Assembly: GCA_017499595.2 (NCBI GenBank)
Contig: CM038998.1
Span: 2,790,001 to 2,854,000 of the forward strand
DNA: 64,000 nt
Direction of reading: 5' to 3'
Source of the DNA: Psilocybe cubensis
Lineage: Eukaryota
The notes below the pieces were generated by a model that saw only the letters and a program-made list of their open reading frames with translations, was not told the origin of the DNA and made no database searches. Within the stretch, counting starts at the first letter, position 1. Every line of letters starts with the position of its first letter. Below are positions 1 to 12,586 of the stretch, piece after piece. Both the position numbers and the translations under genes were made by a program.

Positions 1-1031
1 CTAACCTCTTTAGCGGTGAACGCTTCTGAAATCGGACCATCGCAATCCAATCAGAAGCGGAAGGCGCGAAAAGGTCCTTCATATTCGAGTGGCAAAGCTA
101 AAGCATCATTGCAAACGCAGCGGGTGACGCAATACATCACCCGTCGACTTCGAGGCGAGGCTGCTTCCCCGGCCCAGATTGGCGTACCCATCAACCCCAC
201 AGCTTACCGCGCACTATTGCCAACAATATGGGCGTTGATCGGTAGTGCAGGCACAAGCACAGATGAATCCAACGAGGTGATCCTCACCACGCTTGACCAT
301 GCGCTCAAGGTGTCATCCAAGTCCGCGTGTAAGCGGCTGACGGTAGAATTTGTCGGCCGTCTCATGTTGGTACGTTCTGAAGGATGCTTCAGAAGTCACA
401 TATTGGTGTTCTGAACGTCATTGCATTCGCGTTTTTTTTTTCGTCTAGTTGGGACTTGAGCCGCACTATCACGGTTCCTTGAGTGCGGACAGGAATCCAA
501 GTTTGAAGTCAAAATTTGACGCATGGTTGGTGCACTTGCCGCAGGTCCTCTGGGAGCTCGGGAATTCAAACTTGGCTTGCACAGAGGTAAGTATATTAAT
601 TTACAATATGGGACGCTGAATGTCAATCCAATCCAGACCATCTTACGTGTGGTTCTCCGCGTATTGCAACGCCGGTCGAAAGGAGCGCAAACAGAGGTCG
701 GATTTCTAGTTGCTATTTCAAGTCCGCACTACTGACAGAGGCCCCCATACAGACAATCACTATGCTTCAATCAAGGCTCGTTCCTTACTTCTACATGGAG
801 CATCCAAGCCGCGGAGCTCTACCAGGACCATACCGAAAACTACCACCTTCCTCTGCGTCACACGTGAGGCTTCTCGTCCTCGATGTGGTGTACACCATCA
901 TGGCACTAGGTAGACAGGAGGGTCATGAGTTTGAGGGTCTCTCAAAGGCAGTTGGATTGGCGGTCTCTGGAGAAGATGAGCAAGGCTATTGGGGTCATAT
1001 AGCCTCCTTTCCTTCTATGAATAAAAAATAA
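1..1031 (+). CDS. 3' part of a multi-exon helical-repeat protein, possibly Ipi1/TEX10 (Rix1 complex); 5' end lies outside the window
   Basis: ORFs 16-414, 523-735 and 762-1031 are linked by GT-AG introns (e.g. 370-450). Spliced text includes LLPTIWALI, WLVHLPQVLWELG and RLVPYF..HPSRGALPGPY. Family call is from recalled resemblance only. Confidence 0.4.
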
Positions 1032-1512
1032 AACCTTTCTTGAAAAGGGAAATGGTTGTAAGTAACATTGACCGGATGCAATACCCCTGGGCCTGAATGG
1101 GGTTGACATTATCACTCTATCTCATCAACGCAACAAGTTTGCATTTGTCGATTTGTTTATTTCCTTGTAACTACGCCTTGGCCGACTTGCGGGTGCAAGG
1201 GCGTAGCAAGATTTAAAGAGCAATATACATGACCAGAGCAAGTATGATAAAAAAGAGCGAGCAAGCTCGATATCTAATTAACTATAAAAAGAGGAAAGCA
1301 AATATGAGGGCAGCAATGGATGCATAGCATACAAGCTTCTAATCCAGCCTTTTCCGAGTCGAGATTGGCTTGCAAATGGAAACGGAAAGGAAAAGAAACG
1401 CCGCGGGCGTCGCGCGCATCGGCAAGTGGGAATAAAGAAGGACAGTTAAAAAGAATGGAGAGGCCGATGGCCCCACTTGAAATGAATCGAATGTTCAAAA
1501 AAGAACGTGCGT

Positions 1513-2452
1513 CTAGTCGTTCCACACCCAGGTCATGCCGGAAATGCGACCGACAGCAAAGTCTGCGAGTTGGTTGAACGCAGAGGGCGAAAAGTCAAGA
1601 TCGGTGATGGCGCAGCCTGTGCATCTGTCTGTGAGAGTGACGACGACGCTCTTTCCTTGATCTGGATCAAGGCGGCTATTAATACGAATGAACAAAGGAA
1701 CAGGGTGAGAACATACAGGTAGCTGTGACCGTGCGACCGCACATGGGGTTGTTATTGGGGTTCACACCATTGTAACCACTGATCAATGATTGCGGTTAGA
1801 GTTGAGGATTTTCGTCGGAAACGCGGTGCAACATGACCGCAAAAAAGCAACGTACGGGAAACTGTCGAAAAGCAAATGGGAGACTGCGGCGATATGGTCG
1901 GTATCCTTGTTCGTGATACCACACGCGCCCAGACCGGCTAAGAAACGGGTGTTCAACGGTGGGCCGCATAGAGAGAGAGAAACACGCACTGGAATAGAAA
2001 GTTCCTTGCCCAGTTTGAGTGCCTACCAGGAAACTTGGGAGGTTGCCAGTGACAGGGGCAGGGGCTTTGGTGGTCTTTGCTGGGGGTGGGGCCTTGGAGG
2101 TTGACGGGACCTGGACGGGAGGGGGAGTGGTGGATTCCTTCTTCGGGGTGGGAGTTGTGGTCGGCGCGGCCTTGGTTGTCACGGGAGGAGGGGCGACGGA
2201 GGAGGAGGGTACCTGGACGACGAGGGGGGACGTGGAAGCATGGGCTGCGGAAGACGAGGGACGCTGCTTGCACCGCCTGTTGTTCTGACGCTTCTGGAGA
2301 GGAAGAGCGGGGACGTCTAGGGGCTCTGGGACTGCGACGCGGGCTGCGAGTGCGCGGTGGTGGGCTGAATGGCGGACGGCATGGGGGGTGGCGAGGGCGT
2401 TGGCGGCGACAAAGAGGGAGAGGAGGACGACGAGGACGTTCTTTGAAGACAT
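1513..2452 (-). CDS. Secreted expansin-like/loosenin-like protein with RlpA-like double-psi beta-barrel domain
   Basis: Signal peptide MSSKNVLVVLLSLFVAANALA, Kex2-like LQKR, long Pro/Thr/Ser linker, then GQGTFY..GLGACG...HIAAVS and VTLTDRCTGC..DLDFSPSAF..LA. Split by short introns. Confidence 0.85.
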
Positions 2453-2637
2453 GCTAAGGACAGTGAGGGACAAGGAGCGAACAGCAAGGTCTTATAGAAA
2501 GAAGGAGACTCGATTAATTTTTGACGCATCTCCGTTGTTGGTCCTTGTTTGGTTCCTCCCCTGCTTATATCCATGTGTCCAACATGCCTTCATTCACATT
2601 TATTATGCTCAATATCTATCTATCGGTTTACAGGCAA

Positions 2638-3992
2638 TCATATCTCTGAACCGGCGTGTGTTGCGTACATCTTTACCAGCCCCGTGCTCGCACTTCCTGC
2701 AAGGCTCTTTCCATACGCGTCAATTTGTCCCAGCAGCAGCAGGCTCTCAAGGCGGCTCGGTTCTGCCGGAATCTTGAACAGTCGTGATACATCCTCCTCA
2801 GGCAGCGGCGCCAGGCCTTGCGCGACCCGGGCCTGGTTCTCTTCTTTGCGTTTCGCAACATAGTTCTCCGCCTTGGCGCGTTCTCGTGCAATTTGGCGGC
2901 TCAGATACGACAGATTGCCTTCCTCTGTTCGATAGTTGTCTACTGCTTCCACGATTTGCTCCAGGTTCCGTGTCACTCCTCCTGTTCCGAGATCAAGTAC
3001 CGAGAATGTCGGTTCCAATGCCGACCCTGTTGTGCTCCCTCCAGCGGCGCTTGGAAGGGCTCCTGCCCTGGTCTCCGTCAGCGTTCCGAGGAATGCACTC
3101 AGTAGAGGGTTCGTTCGGATTTTGAGAGGCACTTCTTCAAGTATCGATGAAAACGTTAGGCGATGGCTCATCAAACTGGTTCAGCACCCCATTAATAAGC
3201 TGCGGTGCCCACATGTGTCTATACGGGATTGTCCTCACCTTGATGTGCTAAAGTTTGATTTTTTGTACGCATCCAAAAAGGCTGCCGTCAACCGGTAGGC
3301 TCGGAATGAGGCGTTTCCTCTTGCGGTTTGTGAAAGATCTGCAAAAATATTACAGTCATATCCCCACTTGACCTTTGAACGTGCTAACCATGGACGATAA
3401 CAATGCCTCCGTGGCGAAGTTTTTCTTGATGAATCGCCTGGGTGTCCACCAATGTCTGGTTGAAGAATGCACCGAGTGTGGTTGCTTGATAGAAACCAAT
3501 CACACTGTCATCAGCTTGGACCTCCTTGAGAGAGCGTAGCATAGATGCCTGATGACGGGCTGTATGTTTTCATTGTTGAGACTAATGCTCTGGATATGAA
3601 TGAGCTGCAGACAGACCACTAGCTTTTGCAGACTTTTCATCCTCTTCTCCGGCATGGTGGGGTAATGGGAACGAGTTGGAGACCTCGAGAATACCATCGA
3701 GATCGAGGCCTAACAATAAACCATGGGCCGTAGCACCAACAGCTTCGCGTGCATGTTTAATGATTTTGGTTACGACCTGCGGGAGCGATTGAGAGCTTGG
3801 CAACAGGAAAAGACAAAGAAAACATACCAGTCCGTCGAGCTGGACGCAGGTGAGAGGGATGTCTGCCTCGATGTCGATGACCTTGGCCATGGACGCAGGA
3901 ATGGCCTCATAGGTAGGCGCTGGGGCTGCTGAGACGGCGGAGGGAGCGGGGAGCGAGGCAGCGAGCGCTGCCGCCATAGATGTTGCAGCCAT
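2638..3992 (-). CDS. eIF3h: Eukaryotic translation initiation factor 3 subunit H (MPN domain)
   Basis: VQLDGLVVTKIIKH, GLLLGLD..LEVSNSFPLP, and C-terminal RVAQGLAPLPEED..LFKIPAEPSRLESLL. Multi-exon. Confidence 0.9.
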
Positions 3993-4336
3993 TTTTGTGG
4001 ATAATGTGGAGGACTCTGCGCTCGTCTTTGGCAGCGACCAAAAAAGAGATGGGATTGGACAACAGAGACAAACAAAAGAGATGGACTTGTATTCCGGCTA
4101 CAAAACAAGCTGGCTGCTATGGATAATATATTTCTTAGCGCTGGTGATAGCTGTCGACTGGGCATCGTTATTGTTGCTAATGCATGGTCGCATATGTATT
4201 CGTATGGCGCAAAAAGTGGCAATCGTATGGGTTCTGGCAGATAACATGGGCCGCTTAATAATCATGTGGCATCGCTATGCTCCAGAGCAGTGTGGCAATT
4301 CTTCAGGCCGAGTCTGCTTTTCCTCTCTCCACCACC

Positions 4337-6314
4337 ATGCCCTTGTCGCGTTCGGCCAGGATTATACTCCTGCTCATAATAGATGTCTGTTTCTTTCTTG
4401 TCGAACTCGTTGTTGGTATGTTTTCTAGGCCACGCCTATTCCACGCATTCCGCACAGTTTATTCTATTATCCAGGTTACGCCGTTGGCTCCCTTGCTCTC
4501 GTAGCAGACAGCTTTCATATGCTCAAGTGCGTGTCTCTCCTCGCTCATTATCGTTCTGCATCCTAATCCATTTATCTTGCACAGTGATGTTATGAGCTTG
4601 CTCGTTGCTCTCTATGCCATCAAGGTCCTTGAAACCCCCTTTATCCGTTCTCTCTCTTGTTTACATTCATATCCAATAGCTAACTAACGGAAACTCGCCC
4701 GATTCTCGTTATTCGTACGGTTGGCACAGAGCTGAAATCCTCGCGGCACTCATCAATGGTGTTTTCCTCCTGGCCCTCTGCTTTACCATTTCATTAGAGG
4801 CTATCGAAAGATTTTTCTCTGTACCCGGTGCGCAGGCCTCCTTTGATCCGGGTTGTCATCATACCCTGACCCATGTGGCAGATATCTCCAATCCAAAGCT
4901 TGTCGTCATTGTAGGTTCATTGGGATTGGCATCGAATATCGTTGGATTGTTCCTGTTCCATGGTAAGCTTGGTTGGAGATTCAGATATTGAATATGTCAT
5001 ATATCCATCATGGCTATCTATAGAACACGGTCATAGTCACTCGCATGCACATACACACTCCCCTGCAAGGTCCGAAACCTCTTCCAGTGCTGCCAGTGTC
5101 CACAGCGTGGAGAACACTATTAGAGGCGACACCACCCCTACAAAAAAACAACCAATCCCCGTACGCGGTCGCTCGACTTCCCGCTCGCGCCCTAGCCACA
5201 GTCATGTCCATTCCCCATCGGATTCCTTCTCTTCTCTTTATGGTCATCCTGCCGCGACTCGCGCGTCTCTTATGCAAACTGCCAATGAAATCGCGTCGGC
5301 CCGATCACCCTCACCACCCCGCCATAGCGGCAGTTATACCCATCGCCTGTCTTTCGACTCTTCTGTGGTAACATCTCCCATTGTTCCCCAGGCCACCCCC
5401 GTTACCCCAGGAGCCACGATGGGCTCTCCGGTAGAGTTTTCAAGCGAGGGAACCCCACTTCTGCACGATCCACACGAACATTCCCCGGAAGAACACGGCC
5501 ATGGTGGACCTCATACCCATGGACATTCTCATGGATCAATGAACATGCGAGCTTTGGTACTGCACGTCATCGGGGATGCATTGGGGAACGTCGGGGTCAT
5601 TTCAACGGGCCTTATCATTTGGCTCTCCACCTGGTCGTACAAATATTACTGCGATCCCGTCATCAGTCTGGTGATCACCGTGATTATCTTCTCCAGTGCT
5701 CTTCCACTAGGTATGACTTCATATTACCTATCAATTTTAGTTTTTTCTTTCTTTCTGACTTTTCTATCTCTCTTCTGTGAACATGAACAAACAAAACAGT
5801 TCGGAGCACATCGTTTATCTTGCTGCAAGGAGTTCCACCTACAGTTTCCCTGGAAGAAGTTAAAAATTCCATTCTGAACGTCGACGGCGTTCTGTCTCTC
5901 CATGAATTGCATGTTTGGCAACTGTCTGAAAGCAAGCTAGTTGCTTCTGTTCATGTTCTCGCTTCACGAAATCACGATTTCATGCCTGTCGCCGCAAAGA
6001 TCAGAAAAGTCCTTCATCATCTTGGAATACACTCTTGTACTATACAACCCGAATACTATCATCCCAATACAACAATCCCGGACGAGCATCTCAAGGTAAC
6101 TTGTCCATTTTTTTTTCTTACAAAGGCCTTCTCTAACATCGTTATTCTGATCAGACAAACGGGGAAACCAACTGTCTTATCTTATGTCCACCTGACCAAT
6201 TTTGCGACCCGGCAGAGAACGCTTGTTGTCGTAAGTTGATATTGATTCTTGTTACTCGAACGCGTCTAAATTTTCTCTTCGGCGTTTTACAGCCCCTCCA
6301 CCACCGACCACTGA
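4337..6314 (+). CDS. Cation diffusion facilitator zinc/cobalt transporter (ZRC1/COT1-like)
   Basis: SLALVADSFHML, YGWHRAEILAALING, His-rich loops, NMRALVLHVIGDALGN, LHELHVWQL, HSCTIQPE and a Cys-rich C-terminal tail. Multi-exon. Confidence 0.9.
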
Positions 6315-8531
6315 TGTCTAAAGATCTTGAACCTTGTTTTTTATTTAGTCGAAAGGACATAGTATATCCAACCTTCAGTAGTGTACCACATTCTTTCTGT
6401 AATTACATTATGTATCTTCACTTATGAATGCAGGAACACTGATTTCACTTCCCCAACAGCAGTTCACGCACAATAAGCGCTGGAGAGCGCCATCGAATCC
6501 GAAAATACACCGGAAGTGGGATCTCATTTTTGCAAACGCGTTTTTACACACCGGGTTGCCCCAGGTGTATGGCCTTGGGAGAAAACATGTAGTTGGACCC
6601 TCAAGTTGAGGGTTCATGGCGAGGATCGCCATCACAAGTTCTGGGGATGCAGTCTGTTCGGGAGGTTGTCGTATCGTGACACATTCGAAGAGCCTATGTT
6701 TCTGTGGGCACACATGCAGCCATCCAAATATCAATTGATCACTCTATTCAACGGACATCTTTCTTTTAGATCACCCAATGTGTGTCGTCGTATAAGAGGC
6801 CGTGGTATATTTTAAGGTTTCGGGGAACCCGTTGGCGAATATGCCGCTGGGTATGGACCAGTGTGGCCGGGAACTTGGCCCCTAGGATATTTATGACGTC
6901 GAAAATATATACGAAAGACAAATAGCGAAAAAAGACAAAGACTAAAAGATAGAACGTGTATCGCCTCGCCAATTATTTTACGTGTTTTCTTGACATATAA
7001 ATTGACATTATTACAGACTGTAGGCCGATCCCAACACACCAATGACTGCAAATCGTCAGTGGTTCAATTCATTGTCTCTACTCCGAGGAAGAGACCGCAA
7101 AGGGTACAAACCAAGATGGGGTGCTCCAAGCTCCGAGGCAGCGACGGGAAATGTGGGTACGAGTTCGACATTGAGTTATTCTACAAAGGTATTAAGGTTT
7201 GCAGAAGACCCTTTGTCCCCCGGAAAGGCGGACTTGGAAAGGTTGGCAATGATTTCTAGCCGTGTTCTCGAGCTCTGGCGTCACTTGCGATGGTATTCCT
7301 TAAATGAAAACCAGAGTAACGACTTCTCAGATTTATGGTAAAAAAACCCCAAACCAATAAATGCAGAATAAAGTACGCACGATGAAATCGTCTGAAAGTA
7401 GACAGTGATACATTCAGTCTAAAATATTCAACATGGTATGAAAGAATCCATCCGGGAACATGGCGCGACCTCTTAGTACTATTGGTAAGAATGGCCGAGT
7501 TGGCAAGTGACGCCTGCTGCTCAGATAAATTCAAGGGTTTCTGTATGGAGATGGGTCTGAATCGAACGGGAGGTTGTTATAGCTTGACAAATCACCCAGA
7601 GAATCACGGAGCAGGACAGAGGACGAATGGGCAAGTCCTTCCGAAAGCTCAGACGTCCCAAGTAGTATCCTGAAAGATTGTTGGAGACTGTTTGGGGCTT
7701 CTTGCGTAGCTATCATACATAGCTAATTTTTTTCGCGCGCTTATTCGAGACTCGGATTCAACTATGATGCACGGCGCCTGGTTTTCTAAAATTTGTCAGT
7801 AAAACTACGGTTGACCAACTGGGTTTTGGGTGGATGCAAATTTGGATGATCAAGCTCGGGGCTCGGCGGTGCGTAACGCGATGGGAAACCTTGGTATAGA
7901 CTATGTTGAGACCAGCAGCCCCTTATGGCATGAGGAGAGAAGCCCCTGACTGCCGTTCACAATACTTATTGTAGCAGTGAGGCGTTCCCTTTGGACGAGA
8001 GTGGCAAGCCAATGGCGATCAAACGGGGACACATTTGAGGATAACCAGTAAGGATGGGGCGGGGACTTTGAGAGAGAAGAATGGTCACAGGATTGCAGAG
8101 TAAATCAGCGGGGAAAGAAGATGAGGCATGTGCTTCCCAGTTGTCGGCACGAAAGAGATTCAAACTCAGATTGAGCTCCGCGAACTCACGATGCACCCAC
8201 AACTGGACCTTGACTTACACACGATACTGTTCTGGGTGACCCGCTGGCCAGATATTTCAATAAGCGTCAGGGCGGCTTCTCAATTTGGAACCCTCACTTC
8301 CTCTTCCAGCGACATGATCGTCTATTTATAGTCGCGCGTCAACGGTAATTTATCACTTCGCGACGGCTTGCGGAACATGTATATCCAACTGTGGGGACGT
8401 CCTTGCTATTTGCGTTTATGCCCTCCTGTATCAGATCTGCCAGCTTTCTTACTTGGGGCAAAGCCAGTCAAAACTTGATTATTTCTCTACCCACACCTTG
8501 CGACATTTTAGGGTCGAAATATACATGGTAT

Positions 8532-9797
8532 CTACAGACTGCCTCCCTCACGCTGCAATATTTCCTTGCTTAGATTGTAATACTGCGTGCCAGTTTGTAA
8601 ACTTTCTTCCCATGCATCGAAAAACGTCGATCCTGTACTTACCTTTTGCTCTTCGGCTTGCGTACGGAGGTTGAGCTTGCGAGTCGTATTTTCCATGTGC
8701 ACGAGAAGCGTCTATGGACCTGGTTGATCAAAAGTGCATCATCTGCTGAAGCAGCTTTACACCACGTACCCTGATAGACTTGCTGCTCAAGCCCTTGTAG
8801 GGAGCAACACGTTCCAAACGATCGGGAGTAACCCCAACAAGTGCAAACTGCTCGTGTAGATACATGACATACTGCTCAAGGCACTCGAGATAGTGTCGTT
8901 TCTTTTCATGCGACGAGATAATGTCACTGAAATAGTAGCCGTCAGCGAGATGTATTTATTTACAGAGAGAAAGAGGTGCCCTCACGGATCTGTGGGCGTA
9001 AACCCAATGCTCTTTGCCATCGCGCGCCTACGCGCCTTACTTGCCGATTCGACGCGTCCTTCGCTCAAGCTGTTGTCTGTAAGCTGGTACTGAGCCTGAG
9101 CTTTGGCTTCCAGCTCGGCAAGCCTCAGCTCACTGGGCGTGAGGAAGGTCTCGTGGGAGGACAAGGAATTTCCAGTTTCGTGAAAGAGGGGGAATGATTG
9201 GGAACTAGGTACACCGGGGAACCCATCTGTACAATAAAATTGGTAACCCTCAGAGCAAGAAAGACTTTCTGGCGAGGAAGAGGAGGAGCTGCTCTGTGCG
9301 TCGGTCAAGTGACCTTGGGCAGTGTAAAACACCTCTGGGAGTGCAGGGCCTGCGTTTTCGAGTTGGTAGAAGTAGTCAGGCTGCATAAATGCAGCACCGT
9401 GCGCAGGCGACGGCATGGGTGCATGAATCGGAAACTCGGCAGGAGTGTTGTCTACGGTTTCCGCTACCTAAAAACCGATTGGTTGATTTTACAGACTGAT
9501 AATGTGGATATCGATACTTACATTGGAGAAGTTGCGAGATTCAGCGCCTGGAATGAGGGCTGGCTGAGGCTCTTGCAAGCTAAGATAACTGTAATGCAAA
9601 GATAGCTGGTCCATAGGAACAAGCGGCGGTATATTGTGCACCGTTGTGTCTGGAGATATAAAAGAAAAAGCGGGAGGCGGGAGCTGGTGTCGATCTGGAT
9701 AGAGGACTGCAAAAGGAAAAGAAGACTGGAGTTGGACATGTACGCCAGCTTCATCCGCGCTTGCATTTGAACTCATTTGACCATAAAACGCAGACAT
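8532..9797 (-). CDS. Putative transcription regulator A with basic region and coiled coil (bZIP/bHLH-ZIP-like), about 344 aa; paralog of 10322-11343
   Basis: Exons 9797-9522, 9467-8986, 8926-8770, 8711-8643 and 8582-8532 splice in frame at GT-AG sites. Ser/Pro/acidic N-terminus, then KARRRAMAKSIGFTPTDPDIISSHEKKRHYLECLEQYVMYLHEQF. Confidence 0.7.
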
Positions 9798-10321
9798 CCC
9801 ACGATTTGAGCGCAAGAAGGAGGTGGAGAAGGGCGACTGAGATCTGTGGGCCCCTCTCACCTTTTATTTGCAGACAGATAATGGTGGACAGTCTGTGCCT
9901 GTAGACCGGTTTTGGCAGCTCGGCACTGCAGGAGCGGGTGCGGCCAAGATCTGCTTTTGAATCATGTGTTGCGAGCAAATCCTTGTTCGCCCGCCGTCCA
10001 ACACCAGGCGCAGGATCGAGAAAGATTTTTATGTCTGTGTCGGACACACAATTGTACTTTGGTTTCTGTTATCTTAAAAATTTGAACGCGAGATCCCAGA
10101 TCAAGGGCAGAGTTACGAGATCCAAACTGAATCTGCAAGCGCGGATCGAGTGGGATGACAGGACTACGTACAAACGTCTTTCTCTCCACCCAGATCTTGC
10201 AGTTCAACTATAGCAGTCCCATTTTTCTACTCTCTTCGCTTCTTTCCAAGTCGCCGGGTCCTCCAGGCAAATATAAAGTCTGTCCTTTACACCCAGCTCG
10301 TTTCCCATTTTTTCCTACCAG
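9798..10321. promoter_or_regulatory. Bidirectional promoter between the paralogous regulators, with a RGATC cluster
   Basis: 524 bp between divergent start codons. TATA-like AAATATAAAG near 10269. Eight GATC sites at 9841, 9948, 10014, 10092, 10099, 10119, 10144 and 10193. Confidence 0.55.
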
Positions 10322-11343
10322 ATGGCCCAACAACTCGCTCTGCAGCAGTCTCAGTACAGCAGCCCCTACCCACCTATCATGCTCCCCTGTATCCAGTACC
10401 CCCAGTCTGCCTCTCCCACCTCCTCCCAGTTCACATCAGACTCTGAGAACAATTCACCTGCTCCATCGCCCGTAGAGTACTCGTCTTCAAACGTATACTC
10501 TCAAGAGGCGCCGGTCTCGATTATTTTTAACGCGTCCGATCAACCCACTGATCATTGCGCCACTTTGCGACGCCAAGCGCTTTCGCCGCCGCCGCCATAT
10601 ACAAGCCCATACAGCACATTCCCCCTCGCGGCGCTAGATAATTCTACTATACGCTCGAGTTCAAGATCCCATTCGCGTCCCATGGACAAATCTGCCGCGG
10701 TGAAGAAAATTCAGATCGCTCATCCATACGCGCGCATTTTCGCCAAGAAGGAAGTTGAAGTCAAGCGCCGGAAGATTTGGAATCATGCTCTGGAAAAATC
10801 AATATTCACTCCATATGAGCTGTATGTTCAATAATAATGTATAAACAAACCTAGTCTTACTCAATTTCTCTGTCTCTTTTTCTTTCTTCGTAGATCAACC
10901 CTCGGCGCCCCTCAGAGACGCGCGATCTACATCTCCAGCTTGGAAGCCCACGTTGACCGCCTCCATGAGAGCCTTCTTGCGTAAATATTGTACCCCCCCG
11001 ATTCTACGCGAGCTTAAATGACGACTGATATGTTCATTCTCGCCTTCAGAATAGGATTTTGGCCCGTTCGTTTTGAGGACCTCGACCCTTTCATTGGCCT
11101 CAATTCCAAAACTGCCAAAGTAAGTTTCCGAGTATACCACTCCGGTCACACGTTAATGATCTTGCTCAGTCTATGGTTGCCGGACTTCAGTATGACGCTT
11201 CTATGTGGAAGCTGAAACTGTTAGAGCTCGAACGAGCGGTAAGAGGCTTTCCGACAGGATATCAGTGCAGTTAGACTGACGATGTACATTTTAAGAACGA
11301 TGATCTTCAAAAAATTTATGCAAAGTTGACTTCAGAGTCCTAG
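10322..11343 (+). CDS. Putative transcription regulator B with basic region and coiled coil (bZIP/bHLH-ZIP-like), about 257 aa; paralog of 8532-9797
   Basis: Exons 10322-10821, 10894-10980, 11050-11119, 11170-11238 and 11296-11343 splice in frame. Ser/Pro-rich N-terminus, then KRRKIWNHALEKSIFTPYELSTLGAPQRRAIYISSLEAHVDRLHESL. Confidence 0.7.
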
Positions 11344-11812
11344 AGCATTCATTACAGTCTAGTTTCTGGTTTTCCATTTTGGCTGCCGAAACATCTTGTT
11401 ATATTTATTCCCTTATACTCTACTTTAGTATATTGATATACAATGTAATAATCGTACTACTCGCAAGTTAAAAACTTCTCCGAGTTCAATGTGCGATCAG
11501 CCCACAAGGCGAATGACGTCGAAAGCAAAGCTGTCTTGAAGATCTTTATGACATGAGCAAACGTCAGAGGCATAGAAATTAGAGATAAGATAGACCGCGG
11601 AGATCATCAAATTAAATGGTACTCATTCTATCGCCACCCCACGACAAATCATCAATGGTGCATGTGGTCAACGAGGACGGTTTCTGCCTGAGATTGAAGA
11701 GGGTTTGGTTATTATAATAAAACAATGTAATGATAATCCGAAATTTTACACCTAAGGTTGATAGGACTAGTTAGTCGTAAACATATATGGCGAACAAAAA
11801 AAACTTACATAT

Positions 11813-12586
11813 CTATTGACCGTCGTCGTCCCGAGCCTCGAACTTGTGTTTAGTCTTCCCAGCCACCTCTGTCATACCCTTTCCGCTCCCGGTGACACCG
11901 ACTGGATTTACATGTTAGCCTGAACAGATACTTTCGAGTAAAAGATGCACACCTTTTCCGAGAGGGTTGTCCGGTGTCTTGAAGATGCTCGTCCCTGCCA
12001 CACCTGGGAGGTGCACACCCTTCTTCTCTGACTTCTTCGCAAACTTTTGCCATGTTGCCTGTTTGGCCATCTGCTCTTTGGCTTTGGCAGCTTTGTTCTC
12101 CAGTTTTTTCTCGTTTTTCTTTTTCTTCCGCTCTCTTTCCTCCTCCTCTGCCTTGGACAGCTTACGCTTGTTCGCCGATGGCGCAGTGGTATTTGCATAA
12201 TTTGGTGGTAGAGGCTTGATTTCGTTAGCCTTCACGAGTTCGGTTGAGTTGTACCCTTTGAATACGATGCTGTAGACGCGGTTTTCGGTCGCCCCACCGA
12301 CAGACGTAATCCGGGCGGGGTACCAAGCACCGTCGCCCGAGTACTTTGCAAGACAATCGTCCCCGGCTGACCATACATGCGTCGGCGTAGACGTAGCCTT
12401 CCGGCTTTCCGATTTAGAAGACGACGCAGCTGCTTCCGCTTGAGCAATAGCAGCCTGCGAGAGCTCTATCAATTCCTTCAATTCATCGCGCAAAGAAGCA
12501 AGTTCGGTGTTGGTTGGGTCGGCGGAGAGAGCTACTTCAACCTGAGATAGCTGAACCTGGTACGTCTCGAGATCTGTTCTATCCAT
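11813..12586 (-). CDS. SPF30: Tudor-domain splicing factor SPF30 (SMNDC1-like)
   Basis: LETYQVQLSQVEVALSADPTNTEL, Tudor WSAGDDCLAKYSGDGAWYPARI, WQKF, SIFKTPD..GKVGVTGSGKGMT. One intron near the 3' end. Confidence 0.85.

Noticed and set aside
6400-8500. Short ORFs in the gap checked as CAAX pheromone precursors, tRNAs or transposon relics
   Set aside because: No convincing CAAX-terminated precursor, cloverleaf or transposase motif found by eye.
8532-11343. Possibility that the divergent pair is the HD1/HD2 mating-type locus
   Set aside because: No homeodomain WF.N.R motif in either protein, and no MIP or beta-fg flanking genes in the window; only the arrangement is analogous.
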